Below the pieces are notes generated by a model, which was not told the origin of the DNA, made no database searches, and saw nothing but the letters and a program-made list of their open reading frames with translations. Position numbers and translations under genes: made by a program. Of a stretch of 64,000 nucleotides of DNA, positions 54,695 through 64,000 are shown in pieces. Every line of letters begins with the position of its first letter. The stretch's first letter is position 1. This DNA comes from an uncultured Bacilli bacterium (GTDB lineage: Bacteria; Bacillota_I; Bacilli_A; RF39; UBA660), in NCBI GenBank assembly GCA_947631035.1, contig CANRJW010000002.1:3233-67232 (forward strand), written 5' to 3'.

Positions 54695-54703
54695 AATTTA
54701 TAG

Positions 54704-55252
54704 TCATTCCTCTGAATTTGGAGTACTTACGGTTTCATCATCTTCTAATACCGTAACGTCTTCCTCATTATTTATATTATTCATAAGAGCTTCAAGAACG
54801 TTCGTGATTTTCTCTCTTGATTCTCTACTTAATCCATCTATAACATTGACATTCACCTGGTTGTTTTGTTGATATTTAATTGTGGGTATACTATCTAATT
54901 GCTCAACTTTTTCATTGTTTGTATCCATTACCATTTGGACGGTTTTCATCCAATCTGCAATATCTTTGTTGTTGAAATTATCTGGATACTTCTCCAGCCT
55001 TTCAAGCATCTGCCTTACCAGTGCATCCTGTACATCATTTAGTGCATTTATTCTAAGTGCATTCCTTTTTGTTTGATATACATTGAAAAGATGAGTTAAA
55101 TCCTTTGTTTTATCTAAGTCATCTTCCTTCATTAATTTAGCAAGCACTTCATTTTGTTTGTCTTGAGCAATTGTTGTTAGAGCACTTAAATCCCTGTCCT
55201 TATTTTCCTCTACATGCTCCTCAGTAGTTGTTAAATTTTCTTCTCCGCTCAT
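54704..55252 (-). CDS. hypothetical acidic protein
   Basis: 182 aa ORF. Confidence 0.4.
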   Translation of the reverse strand: MSGEENLTTTEEHVEENKDRDLSALTTIAQDKQNEVLAKLMKEDDLDKTKDLTHLFNVYQTKRNALRINALNDVQDALVRQMLERLEKYPDNFNNKDIADWMKTVQMVMDTNNEKVEQLDSIPTIKYQQNNQVNVNVIDGLSRESREKITNVLEALMNNINNEEDVTVLEDDETVSTPNSEE

Positions 55253-55276
55253 TTCAGTGCTCCGAATGTTTTTAAT

Positions 55277-55603
55277 TTATAGATACTGCTTATAGGCATT
55301 TAATATTTTCTGAGTAAGTGTTTTTTCAATGATGCATGTTAATGGGTTTTTATTTTCTACAACTACAGATCTTACAGCATTTTCTAATTTTCTGCCAGGG
55401 GTAAATCTGTATTGTACGCTAGCATCTTCTACAAAAACAGTCAAGATACCTATTCCTAAATCTATGTCAACAGGGTTTTCTTTTTTTAATCTAGCCTCTT
55501 CTATCCCGTCACAAATACAGTAGATAGCCTTATCGAGTAGTTGATTAAGAGCAGTGACTGGGATTGTAGTTAAAGCTGATACATCTTCAACTAGGGATTG
55601 CAT
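55277..55603 (-). CDS. hypothetical protein
   Basis: 108 aa ORF. Confidence 0.4.
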   Translation of the reverse strand: MQSLVEDVSALTTIPVTALNQLLDKAIYCICDGIEEARLKKENPVDIDLGIGILTVFVEDASVQYRFTPGRKLENAVRSVVVENKNPLTCIIEKTLTQKILNAYKQYL

Positions 55604-55809
55604 TAATTGTCTCCTTTACTTATCTCTTTTAAGACCTTAAGAGAATCTCTACGTGTAAGCATATTGTAATCATTGATCAAATCTGAATAATAGTTATCAA
55701 GTGATAAGCTTAATCTCTTCTGTATATAGTAAGCTAGTAGATTGTCCTTACTTCTCCTATGCTTTTTCACATCTTCTAACATGCTTAGAAAAGTCTCTTT
55801 ATTCGCCAT
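55603..55809 (-). CDS. hypothetical small protein
   Basis: 68 aa ORF. Confidence 0.35.
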   Translation of the reverse strand: MANKETFLSMLEDVKKHRRSKDNLLAYYIQKRLSLSLDNYYSDLINDYNMLTRRDSLKVLKEISKGDN

Positions 55810-56194
55810 CTATATCCGACCTCACTTGAAAGGAGTAATCTCTAAGTACCTCTAGCAGTTTGCGATAATTGGCTTTTACCGCACGTAAATCCTTGCTTTT
55901 ATGCCCAATAAGTTGAACAGCTTCATCATAATTCATATTTTCGATTTTTACGTATTGATATAAAAGCAGAGAATATATTAGATTCTCCAGCTCGTCCATG
56001 GTAGGGATGGTAATGGTTTGTCCCCCAAAATACTCGCACAGATTAAGTAGATTCTTTTTATCTAAAATGTAAGCTAATTCACTAACAGAAGAATATTCAG
56101 GTGTCCCTATAAGTTTATAAAGGCAAAAAAGCCCAAGGGAATAAACATCCCGCTCCTTTAGCGAGGATAGCTTATTTTTTACATCACTGCTCAC
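55799..56194 (-). CDS. hypothetical protein
   Basis: 131 aa ORF. Confidence 0.4.
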   Translation of the reverse strand: MSSDVKNKLSSLKERDVYSLGLFCLYKLIGTPEYSSVSELAYILDKKNLLNLCEYFGGQTITIPTMDELENLIYSLLLYQYVKIENMNYDEAVQLIGHKSKDLRAVKANYRKLLEVLRDYSFQVRSDIDGE

Positions 56195-57083
56195 TTGTGT
56201 AATCCTCCAAAGGCTGCATTAAAATTTCTTTTATTATGCTGTCCGATAGCTCATAAGAACCAACTATATATCTAAGGTCGTGCGCTATCTCACTCTTACA
56301 CCTATTAACAAGCAACTTTACGTAGTTTTTCATCGATTTTTCAAGGTGATAGATCACAACGTTGTCCCCACCCTCTTCCGCATAAATCCTATCCATAAGA
56401 TCTGTTGTGGGCAAACATTTTGCTTCCTTGTTCTCCAACCTTGTCCTGTTCTTATTACTCATTGTAAGTGTTTTAAGAAGGGTAAGTAAGCAGCTTATAT
56501 AAAGATTATGCATCATAACAGGGTTGTTGCTGTATGGCGACTCTTTCAGTACATGCTTTACAGTTGAGGGAAGTTGAGTCAGGTAATACTTGTACTCCGC
56601 CTTAAGTAAATCATCTGTTAACCTTCGGGCCTCCGTCACTTTTGCATCTGCTATTACAACGGGGGCATTACCTTCAAGGGCACTTTCTTGAAACACTTGA
56701 AAAAAGTTCGATCTTTGATAATTTACCTTCAGTGGATATAAAATTTTCTTTATGTAGTTAAGACAAGATTTAATAGGTTTTAGCTTATTGTCTGGTTCTC
56801 TTTCTTTTCTGTACCGGAGAAAGAGTTGAGTAGCCCCGTAAAGCGCATAACTATCATAATCAGAAGCTGTTTGAAACATTCTCCCCTTGACACTTAAAAT
56901 ATAAAATAGTTGATACATATATTCAAAGCATTTTTCTTCGTCGCAATCGGGATTTCTTATTTCTCTGTCGATGTAGATTGCCATGTCCACGTATCTTAAC
57001 TTACTGTCCTTGCGATATGTTGGCATATATGATTTTCCTAAATTCTGCAATAATTTGAGACTAGCATAAGTTTGTAACTCCAT
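56184..57083 (-). CDS. hypothetical protein
   Basis: 299 aa ORF. Confidence 0.45.
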   Translation of the reverse strand: MELQTYASLKLLQNLGKSYMPTYRKDSKLRYVDMAIYIDREIRNPDCDEEKCFEYMYQLFYILSVKGRMFQTASDYDSYALYGATQLFLRYRKEREPDNKLKPIKSCLNYIKKILYPLKVNYQRSNFFQVFQESALEGNAPVVIADAKVTEARRLTDDLLKAEYKYYLTQLPSTVKHVLKESPYSNNPVMMHNLYISCLLTLLKTLTMSNKNRTRLENKEAKCLPTTDLMDRIYAEEGGDNVVIYHLEKSMKNYVKLLVNRCKSEIAHDLRYIVGSYELSDSIIKEILMQPLEDYTSEQ

Positions 57084-58932
57084 CCTCGTTTTTAATAAGA
57101 TTAATTGTTGAATCTACAGGCACCATCAGCTCAGCCCTGTGGGTAATTATAAATACGCTTTCTATGTTTACAAGCCTCTTTGTAATTACATTAATAATCT
57201 GTGAGCAGCCCGTAATGTCAAGGTTATCAAATATTTCATCCAATACAAGGATATTGGAACTAAAATTCGAAAATTGACACAGCATGTCTCTAATAGCCAA
57301 GTTAATGATGATATTAACTTTCTGGGACTCGCCGCCAGAGAGATTCTCGTAGACCTTGCCATTGTAAGAGATATCGATATTATTACCATTAAGATTAAAC
57401 TCGATCTTATCTGTACCGAAAATATCCTTACTATATACCTTTGCTCTTTCTTGGATATAGTTGATAACGTTTAGTAAAAGGAATCCTCTAAAGTCCCTGG
57501 TTGCAATTGTTATCATTTTACTTACCACATCCAATCTAGATTTTAGCTCGTCTCTTTCTACTGTGTTATACCCTATTTGCTGGCTAATTCTGGTTATTTC
57601 TTGGTTCGCGTTACTTATACTGTCTACTAGATACTGCTTGTGCTGCTTGTATGTGCTGTACTTTGATTTGGCGGAGTTATAAATATCTTCTTGGTATTTT
57701 TTCTCCTCCTCCAGTGAGGCTATTTTAGACTTACAGGACTGAACACTCTGCCTTATTTCATTTATTTCATTATCTATCTTTAATAGAATACATTCGTAGT
57801 TCTTTTTTATTTCTGCTTCTTCTTTCACCCTCTGATCTTTTATGGTGGACAGTTTTGACCTAACGTCAACTAATTGATCCTGCAGTGCTTGTAGTTCCTT
57901 TTCCTTCTCTGTAGTATCTACCTTATGCACATTAGGCAGTTTTTGACCGCATGTAGGACATACATCTCTTACGTTCTTTAGGTTACTTATCTCAGCGACC
58001 AGCGCTCTGATCTGGCCACTTAGCTGAGCTTCAGTTGAAACAAGTTCTTTTGATAGCTCATTATATTTATTACTTAATTGAAGCTGATGAGTCGAGTATG
58101 AATAGGACTCACTAGACTTGACGTTCACCTTCTCATTGAGCTGCTGTTCCAGGTCATTAAGAAGAGACTTACTTTCCTCTAACGGGCCAAGAAGTGCTTC
58201 TACCTTTTTAGAAGCTTCCTCTATTGTGCTTAAGAGCTGATTCTCATCTTCCAGGGAATCTAACTCTTTCTTGTCTCTATCTTTATTAGTCTCTATTACC
58301 TGTACTTTGGAATTTAAGGACAGTATTGAATCCTCTACCTTTCTTAATTCTGTATTTAGTACGACTTTCCTGTCCGCCAATCTTTTCTTGATATCTTCAA
58401 TCATAAAGTCAGATTGAGACAGCCTCTCTAGAACCTCTTTTCTGCCGCTGGGAGTGTTGTTGGTAAATCTCTGGGGCAGCCCTTGGCCGAAAACAATAAC
58501 TGAGCCAATAAACTGCAACGTAAGATCAGGTAGATACTCACTGAGTAGCTTCTCCCCGTCTCTAATACCTTTTCCTGACTTGTCCTCACCATTAATAAAG
58601 ATGTGTAATGTGGTGCCGTGTTTCTTATGGTCTTTGTATCTGCAGACCCGATATTCTTTTCCATCCATTAGGAAGGTGAGCTCTACCCCGGTTCCCCCCT
58701 CTGTGTGAATGTTTGTGATATTCTTATCTGTGCCCCTGATGGTCTTTCCTGTAAGACACCATGTTAAAGCATCAAAAATGGAGCTTTTTCCTACCCCGTT
58801 ACTGGTAGCATTATCATTAGGATCATTATTAATACCTGTAATAAGGGTATACCCCATGTCATTGAGTTTTAATTCTACGTTACCGAGAGATAAGAAGTTC
58901 TCTATTGAAATAGATAAGAACTTTAATTTCAT
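57061..58932 (-). CDS. sbcC: SbcC/Rad50-like recombination ATPase (T4 gp46 analogue)
   Basis: N-terminal Walker A NGVGKSSIFDAL, a long coiled coil with the CPTCGQKL zinc hook, and C-terminal LSGGESQKV plus ILVLDEIF (signature and Walker B). Confidence 0.8.
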   Translation of the reverse strand: MKLKFLSISIENFLSLGNVELKLNDMGYTLITGINNDPNDNATSNGVGKSSIFDALTWCLTGKTIRGTDKNITNIHTEGGTGVELTFLMDGKEYRVCRYKDHKKHGTTLHIFINGEDKSGKGIRDGEKLLSEYLPDLTLQFIGSVIVFGQGLPQRFTNNTPSGRKEVLERLSQSDFMIEDIKKRLADRKVVLNTELRKVEDSILSLNSKVQVIETNKDRDKKELDSLEDENQLLSTIEEASKKVEALLGPLEESKSLLNDLEQQLNEKVNVKSSESYSYSTHQLQLSNKYNELSKELVSTEAQLSGQIRALVAEISNLKNVRDVCPTCGQKLPNVHKVDTTEKEKELQALQDQLVDVRSKLSTIKDQRVKEEAEIKKNYECILLKIDNEINEIRQSVQSCKSKIASLEEEKKYQEDIYNSAKSKYSTYKQHKQYLVDSISNANQEITRISQQIGYNTVERDELKSRLDVVSKMITIATRDFRGFLLLNVINYIQERAKVYSKDIFGTDKIEFNLNGNNIDISYNGKVYENLSGGESQKVNIIINLAIRDMLCQFSNFSSNILVLDEIFDNLDITGCSQIINVITKRLVNIESVFIITHRAELMVPVDSTINLIKNEDGVTNLC

Positions 58933-60005
58933 TTCACTACCTCCTGCAACTCTTTCAGCACCAGGTCTGTTTTTCCTAGCTGCTCAATGATGTAGGACTG
59001 GAATTGCTGAAGATGATCTACAGAATTGAATACTTGAATATGGTCTTCTACCTCTTCGCTTTCTTCCTGATCTGCTGTAGATATAATTTTATACTCTTCT
59101 ACATTCTCATCAGCATCAAGAATCTCTCTTAATTCTGGTACCAATTCCTCTACACATTTTACACTAAAGACAGCATGCGTGGGGATCTTCAGGTTCTCCA
59201 AATCAACTCTGCTTTGTATGGTTTGTTTAACAAACTTGAGAGCATAAGGATTTTCTATGAGGTGAATGGATTCATCTCGGGTATCCAATAAAAGCACACT
59301 GTGAGGATACACAAAACCATCTTCATTAAAATTCTGACCAGTAAGATTACCCAGGTTGAGTATTCTATTCTGTGTTACCCACCCCTGGTTGTGTATATGG
59401 CCGTTAATAAAGTATCTACAGCCGGTACCCAAGATTTCGTCTTTATCAAAGCCATTCTTACTTTCAAACATGCCGTACTGGACACCTTTGATATCATTAT
59501 GACTAAAAATATACAGCTGCTTTAATTCTCGAGTACTGACCATGAAGCCTTGCTGAGCCCGTAGTTCTTCAATATACTCATCGAGAGGCTTTCTTTCACT
59601 TTCAAAAATGTATGGAAGGTAAATGAATTCGTATCCAAAACCAGTCTTTCTTGTAGGTTTATCAATTACTTCGAAATTGGATCCCAGACTTGTGATCAAA
59701 TGAGCAGAACTGTACTCTAGTGTGCGAGAAGCTGTCTCGTGATTACCTACAATAAATGTATGTAGGATATCTTTAGCCCAAATAATATCTCTGAATGCTG
59801 TTAACTCTTCTGCATTCAAATCTGCTCTATCAAAAAAGTCTCCTAGATAGATTATCTGCTGTGCACCCTGATTTATAGCTTCTTTCTCTGCCCAATTAAT
59901 AGACCAGAGCAAGTTTTCCAATCTCTTGGAATAATATTCTCCTCTTCGCCTAACAATTGAGGAAAATTGGGAGTAGTGCACGTCTCCTACAATTAATACC
60001 TTCAT
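58929..60005 (-). CDS. sbcD: SbcD/Mre11-like nuclease (T4 gp47 analogue)
   Basis: Motifs VGDVHYS, LGDFFDR and VGNHE; overlaps the sbcC start. Confidence 0.85.
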   Translation of the reverse strand: MKVLIVGDVHYSQFSSIVRRRGEYYSKRLENLLWSINWAEKEAINQGAQQIIYLGDFFDRADLNAEELTAFRDIIWAKDILHTFIVGNHETASRTLEYSSAHLITSLGSNFEVIDKPTRKTGFGYEFIYLPYIFESERKPLDEYIEELRAQQGFMVSTRELKQLYIFSHNDIKGVQYGMFESKNGFDKDEILGTGCRYFINGHIHNQGWVTQNRILNLGNLTGQNFNEDGFVYPHSVLLLDTRDESIHLIENPYALKFVKQTIQSRVDLENLKIPTHAVFSVKCVEELVPELREILDADENVEEYKIISTADQEESEEVEDHIQVFNSVDHLQQFQSYIIEQLGKTDLVLKELQEVVK

Positions 60006-60024
60006 ACAATCACCTAACTTAGAA

Positions 60025-60072
60025 TGTTTCTATACTTAGTATATATGATACAATAAAAAATGTCAACTAAAA
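60025..60072 (-). promoter_or_regulatory. promoter-module variant
   Basis: tatatatgataca...tgtcaactaa; upstream of sbcD and downstream of the clamp-loader operon. Confidence 0.4.
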
Positions 60073-60996
60073 TCACGCTGTCAGAACAGAGGTCATCAAA
60101 TAATCAATAATCAAATTTTCTGAAAGCTCCCCGTTCTTTAGCTTGTATTCCGTATCATTCACCATCTTCAATATTTTTAAAAGCTGATCTTTAGAATAGG
60201 TGCGGGGCAGCTTATTTATTGCCCATATTTGATTACTTTTAAGACCTGTGGAAGCTTCTGTTGGGTTTTTAGCTAACCAGACTTTTATCAACTTCTTAAA
60301 GTTATTACTCAGAAGAGTAATCAAACCCGTACTTTCAATATCTATCTTCGATATATTCTTTAATATAATTTTTATCTTTTCTATGTTTCTAGTCTGCAAA
60401 GAGTTTGTTAAGTCATATATTGTCTCTTCCACACAATTACCTAGTAAATCACTGGACATAAAAACATCAAAAAGACCGGATTGAGCAGCTGGTGCAAATA
60501 CTTTCAGCTTTGCCATCTCGACATCTAATTTGTGGAGATCGTAGTTGCAGCTTTTTGCTAGTCTCTCTACCTGCGTATCATTAAGACCTTCGCACACGCC
60601 TTGAATGTACTTATGAACCTGCCAGGCCTCAATCTCTGGCAACTCAATAACGACCGGGCAGTAAGATGTGATTTCCTTCTTTATTTTCTTCGCGGATATG
60701 ATTAGGTTAGTAACATTTAGGAGACTTTCATCAACATAATCCAGATTGTCTAGTCTACATAAATAAAAATTATCTGCATCCCTCTCCTCTTCAAACATAG
60801 TTGAGGTTTGAGGATAATCTTTTAAGTCCTCAATAATCTTTAAATCTAGTTCTTCCGCACTGGCTAAAAATCTGGCATATTGCAAGGGAAGATAATCATT
60901 TTTAGATGTACCTAACACAACAAGGTGATTAAGGTGTCCATTCAACACTTCATTTTTTAGCTCTTCTAATGTCATGATACTCTTGCAGCCTCCCAT
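60073..60996 (-). CDS. probable clamp-loader accessory subunit (delta-like)
   Basis: Called from operon position upstream of the two clamp-loader genes; no strong motif. Confidence 0.35.
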   Translation of the reverse strand: MGGCKSIMTLEELKNEVLNGHLNHLVVLGTSKNDYLPLQYARFLASAEELDLKIIEDLKDYPQTSTMFEEERDADNFYLCRLDNLDYVDESLLNVTNLIISAKKIKKEITSYCPVVIELPEIEAWQVHKYIQGVCEGLNDTQVERLAKSCNYDLHKLDVEMAKLKVFAPAAQSGLFDVFMSSDLLGNCVEETIYDLTNSLQTRNIEKIKIILKNISKIDIESTGLITLLSNNFKKLIKVWLAKNPTEASTGLKSNQIWAINKLPRTYSKDQLLKILKMVNDTEYKLKNGELSENLIIDYLMTSVLTA

Positions 60997-61775
60997 AGTC
61001 TTATTAACAGATTATCAAAAGCTCTCTGCTGTACAATATATAGATCTCTCTTTGCGGAATAATCAAGAAGTTGCTTATACATATTTATATAAACAGGACT
61101 GGGATCACTCTGAACTCTTTTTAATAGTTTATTCTTCAATACAAGAATTAAGGCTTCGGGGTCAAGCTTTTCTTTCTCATTTTTAAAGCCTACCCTATCC
61201 GCTATATGGAGGGTATTGGATGGAGAAGCCGTAGCAATTTTATCTATAATATTATCCACCAACTGCATTATTTCTGCAAGAGGTTGCTGCTGAAGTTCCT
61301 GAACCTGACCCGGTGTTGTTGCTAACTCAAGAATTTGATCTTGGGAAGCTGCATGGTTGCTTACGAACTGCTGAAGCTCTTCTTTTGTATATTTTTCAAA
61401 TTTCCAGACCTGACATCTATTAGCTACAGTGGGAAGCAACAATTGCGGAGATGTTGACAGAAAGGCAAAGAAGGTAACGGGTTTAGGTTCTTCTATAAGC
61501 TTAAGAAGACTTCCCTGAAGCTTGGGCGGACATTGATTCACATCTACAATGTATAGGGTAGGTTGAACTTCTTCTGTAATCTGCAATGCTAGATCATCTG
61601 TTATCTTAGTATCTAGTTCTTTTAATGTCAAGCCCAACTTTTCTGCAATTAAGTTACAAACATAATGTTTTCCGCAACCCCTTCTTCCATGTAGAAAGAT
61701 AGCTTGCGGAAAGTTATCGAGTGTTAGTTTATTTATCTTACCTGTTAATTTCTTCTGTCCAACGAATTGCATCAC
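60972..61775 (-). CDS. clamp-loader small subunit (AAA+-like, delta-prime or gp62-type)
   Basis: P-loop GRRGCGKHYV; translationally linked to the large subunit. Confidence 0.55.
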   Translation of the reverse strand: MMQFVGQKKLTGKINKLTLDNFPQAIFLHGRRGCGKHYVCNLIAEKLGLTLKELDTKITDDLALQITEEVQPTLYIVDVNQCPPKLQGSLLKLIEEPKPVTFFAFLSTSPQLLLPTVANRCQVWKFEKYTKEELQQFVSNHAASQDQILELATTPGQVQELQQQPLAEIMQLVDNIIDKIATASPSNTLHIADRVGFKNEKEKLDPEALILVLKNKLLKRVQSDPSPVYINMYKQLLDYSAKRDLYIVQQRAFDNLLIRLWEAARVS

Positions 61776-62788
61776 TGCCCCCTCAGCATCTGCATAAACA
61801 GTACAGTTATGGTGGTTTCTGGATCGGAATCGTTTTTCAAGTAATTCTTTAACTCAAAAACTTTATTTATCAGATAATTATAATAATTACTTGCGTCCTG
61901 AAACTCAACTACATACTTAAGGGCTTCCGTCCATTGAGAAGAGAAGTAGGTTACTTCTACATCACTAAAAACAATGTACTTTTGAATGTTAATCAAGAAC
62001 TCTAAGAATTGATTAACAAAGAGACCTGTATTATCACAGCTTTCCAATACATCATTTAATATCTGCAGTAATTCGGGCTGCTTTCCATCCAAAAGGCAGT
62101 TAAGGAGCTCAAACATGCTGTCCAAAGTTACGGTTCCTAGCACTCTTGCCACATTTTCTAATGTAAGGGAAGTGGAGTAATCAGCACATTTATCTAGAAG
62201 TGTAAGTGCTTCTCTCATGCAACCTTGAGCTGCCTTACTTATATACATTACACCGTCCTGATAATCTGTAAAACCTTCTAACTTGCAAATCTTACACAGT
62301 TTCTCCGCAATAAGGTCATGAGAAATACTCTTAAAAGTAAAACTCTGAACCCTATTCATAATTGTTGCAGGAATCTTTTGAGGATCGGTGGTACAGAAGA
62401 TAAAAATGGTGTACTTAGGGGGCTCTTCTATACACTTAAGGAAGGCTTGCCAGGCTGCATTAGAAAGACCCTGTGCTTCATCTATAATGAAAACTTTATA
62501 GATGCAGTCCACAGCTCGTTCCTGAGCATCCTCGATGATGGCCCTTACATTATCCACGCCACTGTTAGATGCTGCATCAATTTCGATAGGCTCTCCTTCG
62601 CCCTTATTTATAGCTTTAGCTAATAACCGTGCTATGCTTGTCTTACCTGTTCCGGTTTTTCCTGCAAACAGTAGAGCATGTCCTATTGAGTCTTGATCAA
62701 GTTGTGTTTTTAAAATCGTAACAACTGCATCTTGCCCTACTACCTCATCAAAGGTTTGAGGACGGTATTTAATGTTTAAAGATCGCAC
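61772..62788 (-). CDS. clamp-loader ATPase large subunit (DnaX/RFC/gp44-like)
   Basis: RFC box KYRPQTFDEVVGQ, Walker A GKTGTGKTS, Walker B IFIIDEA. Confidence 0.85.
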   Translation of the reverse strand: MRSLNIKYRPQTFDEVVGQDAVVTILKTQLDQDSIGHALLFAGKTGTGKTSIARLLAKAINKGEGEPIEIDAASNSGVDNVRAIIEDAQERAVDCIYKVFIIDEAQGLSNAAWQAFLKCIEEPPKYTIFIFCTTDPQKIPATIMNRVQSFTFKSISHDLIAEKLCKICKLEGFTDYQDGVMYISKAAQGCMREALTLLDKCADYSTSLTLENVARVLGTVTLDSMFELLNCLLDGKQPELLQILNDVLESCDNTGLFVNQFLEFLINIQKYIVFSDVEVTYFSSQWTEALKYVVEFQDASNYYNYLINKVFELKNYLKNDSDPETTITVLFMQMLRGQ

Positions 62789-62797
62789 AATTCACCT

Positions 62798-63172
62798 CTA
62801 TATCTCTTTTATAATCTCGACACCGTCTAAAGGTAACCAACCATACCATGGTTCTGCTTTCACTAATTCATCTTCCGGAGAAAAACTTACCCCTGTTACT
62901 TGAATCATCTTTCCCATGACCTGCTGTACTTCACATCTATAATAAGAATGATTTGGCACTCTGCCTGCATTCCAATTTATAAAAAATGGATAATCTTTGG
63001 GAGGATGCACCAGGTAGTCTGCTAACCCTATCTCATAGTAATGCCCAGGTAGACATGTTTGATCGTTTTTTGCTACACTTTTTTTAATGAACAAATGCAG
63101 TGCATCCTCGGCGTAGGGAGGAATCTCAGCTACCGTGCATTTTTTTAGTTGCTTTTTAATTATAGGATTCAA
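62798..63172 (-). CDS. hypothetical protein
   Basis: 124 aa ORF. Confidence 0.4.
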   Translation of the reverse strand: MNPIIKKQLKKCTVAEIPPYAEDALHLFIKKSVAKNDQTCLPGHYYEIGLADYLVHPPKDYPFFINWNAGRVPNHSYYRCEVQQVMGKMIQVTGVSFSPEDELVKAEPWYGWLPLDGVEIIKEI

Positions 63173-63780
63173 AACGGGAGATCTTCCTCATCATTTAAGT
63201 AAGTTGCTAACTGATCTGCAGCGCTTAATATGCAGGCTAGTTTATATTTTTTATAGATGTGAGAATAATTAAAAGTAGGATTTTCATAAGAAACGCCCAT
63301 ATTTATAATAGCAGCTGATTCTTCATCTTTCAACGGAATGTAATTGGTGATAATCCTTTCCGCATTCTGGCCTGATGTACCAAATACAAACCTGTCCGCA
63401 GGATCTTTAACGGTGTATCCACGTTCAGCCACCCACCTGAAAGTACCTACATCATCTTTTCTATCTCCATCTGCACAGTAGTGTTTTCTATTAAAGACTG
63501 CAGGTTCAAAATAGTCTGTTTTATCTAAATTTGCAAGTAACGCACATATAGCGATACTCTCTTCTTCCGCTTCCCATGGGGTATCTTTTACCAGTTTTAA
63601 CATGTAATTATACCTATCCCAAGCATAATCACATAAACCCCCGCTCCATGTGTGATGTAATTTCAGACTGGCAGGAGCTGTAAAGAAATCAGAATTCTCA
63701 AGAGCTGTGATCAAATTCTCTATGCCGGGCCTAGACACCTTCCGTCTTAATTCAAGTAAGAATTTTTCCTTGTTATTCAT
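63169..63780 (-). CDS. hypothetical protein
   Basis: 203 aa ORF. Confidence 0.45.
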   Translation of the reverse strand: MNNKEKFLLELRRKVSRPGIENLITALENSDFFTAPASLKLHHTWSGGLCDYAWDRYNYMLKLVKDTPWEAEEESIAICALLANLDKTDYFEPAVFNRKHYCADGDRKDDVGTFRWVAERGYTVKDPADRFVFGTSGQNAERIITNYIPLKDEESAAIINMGVSYENPTFNYSHIYKKYKLACILSAADQLATYLNDEEDLPF

Positions 63781-64000
63781 CTGTACGTATCTCTCCTATG
63801 TATTCATCGCTATTTTCTAATACAGCCTCTACAACATAGCCAGGAAAGACCGGTGGAACCTTCTTATTACTTTCATTATAATCACTATAAGTTTTCATAT
63901 CAACTATTCTTCCATATCTTCTTGTAACTTCTCTACAAGAAATTTCATTAATTTTTCATCTATAATATAAAAATTTGGAGAATTAGGGCCGAAGGAGAAA

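Noticed and set aside
1-64000. CRISPR arrays or a reverse-transcriptase/retron
   Set aside because: No regularly spaced direct repeats and no RT motif (YxDD) were seen in any long ORF.

Overview
This window is AT-rich (about 35% GC) with densely packed, almost entirely minus-strand genes. It looks like a segment of a large lytic tailed phage, T4-like or jumbo-like. The recognisable content is:
- an RNA-repair set: RtcB RNA ligase, T4 Rnl1-like RNA ligase, a P-loop kinase, a CYTH triphosphatase, a Pol-beta-fold nucleotidyltransferase and a GatB/YqeY-domain protein;
- a one-carbon/thymidylate module: formate-THF ligase Fhs, FolD, DHFR and ThyA;
- a minus-strand tRNA island at 12.6-22.3 kb with 12 credible tRNAs (Thr, Lys, Leu-TAG, Tyr, Phe, Arg, Val, Glu, Trp, Leu-TAA, Met, Ile-TAT) plus at least 5 tRNA-like elements whose anticodon or acceptor stems I could not fold canonically;
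- a MazF/PemK-like endoribonuclease homologue next to the tRNAs;
- an SPFH/band-7 protein, an HNH endonuclease and two metallophosphoesterases;
- T4 gp46/gp47-like SbcC/SbcD and clamp-loader subunits.
About 14 copies of a conserved hairpin plus TTGATC-N17-TATAAT module (terminator fused to a sigma70-type promoter) punctuate the gene cassettes. The only plus-strand genes form an IS607-family insertion (serine-recombinase TnpA plus TnpB/OMEGA-type RuvC nuclease, 39.9-42.0 kb). It abuts a roughly 60% GC, clearly foreign membrane-protein gene. Other anomalies are a candidate +1 frameshift at a C/G homopolymer, an in-frame TGA after a strong RBS, a C11 tract next to an RBS-sequestering hairpin, and several paralogous gene families. 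All calls come from reading the sequence and remembered family motifs; no database searches were run.
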